Of a stretch of 64,000 nt of DNA, positions 63,912 through 64,000 are shown piece by piece. The position numbers and the translations under genes are program-made. Origin of the DNA: a virus. The notes below the pieces were generated by a model. The model was not told the origin of the DNA. It saw nothing but the letters and a program-made list of their open reading frames with translations, and searched no databases. Position 1 is the first letter of the stretch. The number at the start of each line of letters is the position of its first letter. The DNA is taken from the IMG/VR virus record IMGVR_UViG_3300025127_000017, positions 1 to 64,000 of that record, one strand, 5' to 3'.

Positions 63912-64000
63912 TTTACGATTCCTAGAACATGGAACCAGATTCTATTAAGATAGGCAATTTAATACACGCTGACAGGACAATAAAAGTGACTGCAACTTAT

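Noticed and set aside
62536-64000. A provirus-host junction or attachment site at the compositional break
   Set aside because: The window contains no integrase, no tRNA target and no flanking direct repeat pair. The downstream ORFs remain small, virus-like and co-oriented. The idea cannot be supported from this window alone.

Overview
This window is a 64-kb piece of a low-GC, densely coded dsDNA head-tailed virus that carries an archaeo-eukaryotic type replication apparatus. I interpret it as a virus of marine Euryarchaeota (magrovirus-like, from my memory of that group). That assignment is an inference from gene content, not a database result. The layout has four parts. (1) The plus strand from 1 to 13.65 kb is a replication and recombination module. 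It holds an RFC-like clamp loader, a P-loop ATPase, a clamp-sized protein, a family-B DNA polymerase split in two by a 1.3-kb HNH-endonuclease cassette, a Cas4-like nuclease, an AEP primase, an XPF/ERCC4 nuclease, an MCM-like AAA+ ATPase and a DEDD exonuclease. It ends in a strong hairpin plus T8 terminator. (2) The minus strand from 13.7 to 62.5 kb is one long array of tightly coupled operons. It encodes the tail (fiber, a 2034-aa protein, a LamG protein, the tape measure, and a chaperone pair with a canonical -1 slippery heptamer). It encodes the head (HK97-type protease-scaffold fusion, putative MCP, portal, TerL). It also encodes an 833-aa ATP-dependent DNA ligase, an Arf/SR-beta-like small GTPase next to small membrane proteins, two GNAT-like proteins, a LAGLIDADG-motif protein, an island of very basic small proteins, and a block of small ORFs. 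(3) 62.5-63.1 kb is the only large non-coding stretch, and it is AT-rich and repeat-rich. (4) 63.1-64.0 kb has clearly higher GC and three small minus-strand ORFs behind a palindrome-rich promoter-like region. The most striking unexplained signal is an N-terminal leader, M-x-W-x-[DE]-[ILV]-[ILV]-K, shared by at least 20 otherwise unrelated minus-strand ORFs. At several junctions it comes with conserved DNA blocks covering the Shine-Dalgarno site, the start codon and the first codons. I recognised no rRNA, tRNA or CRISPR array by eye. Many ORF-track starts are GTG or TTG codons lying inside a GGTGAT/AGTGAT Shine-Dalgarno sequence. I moved those starts to the ATG that follows.
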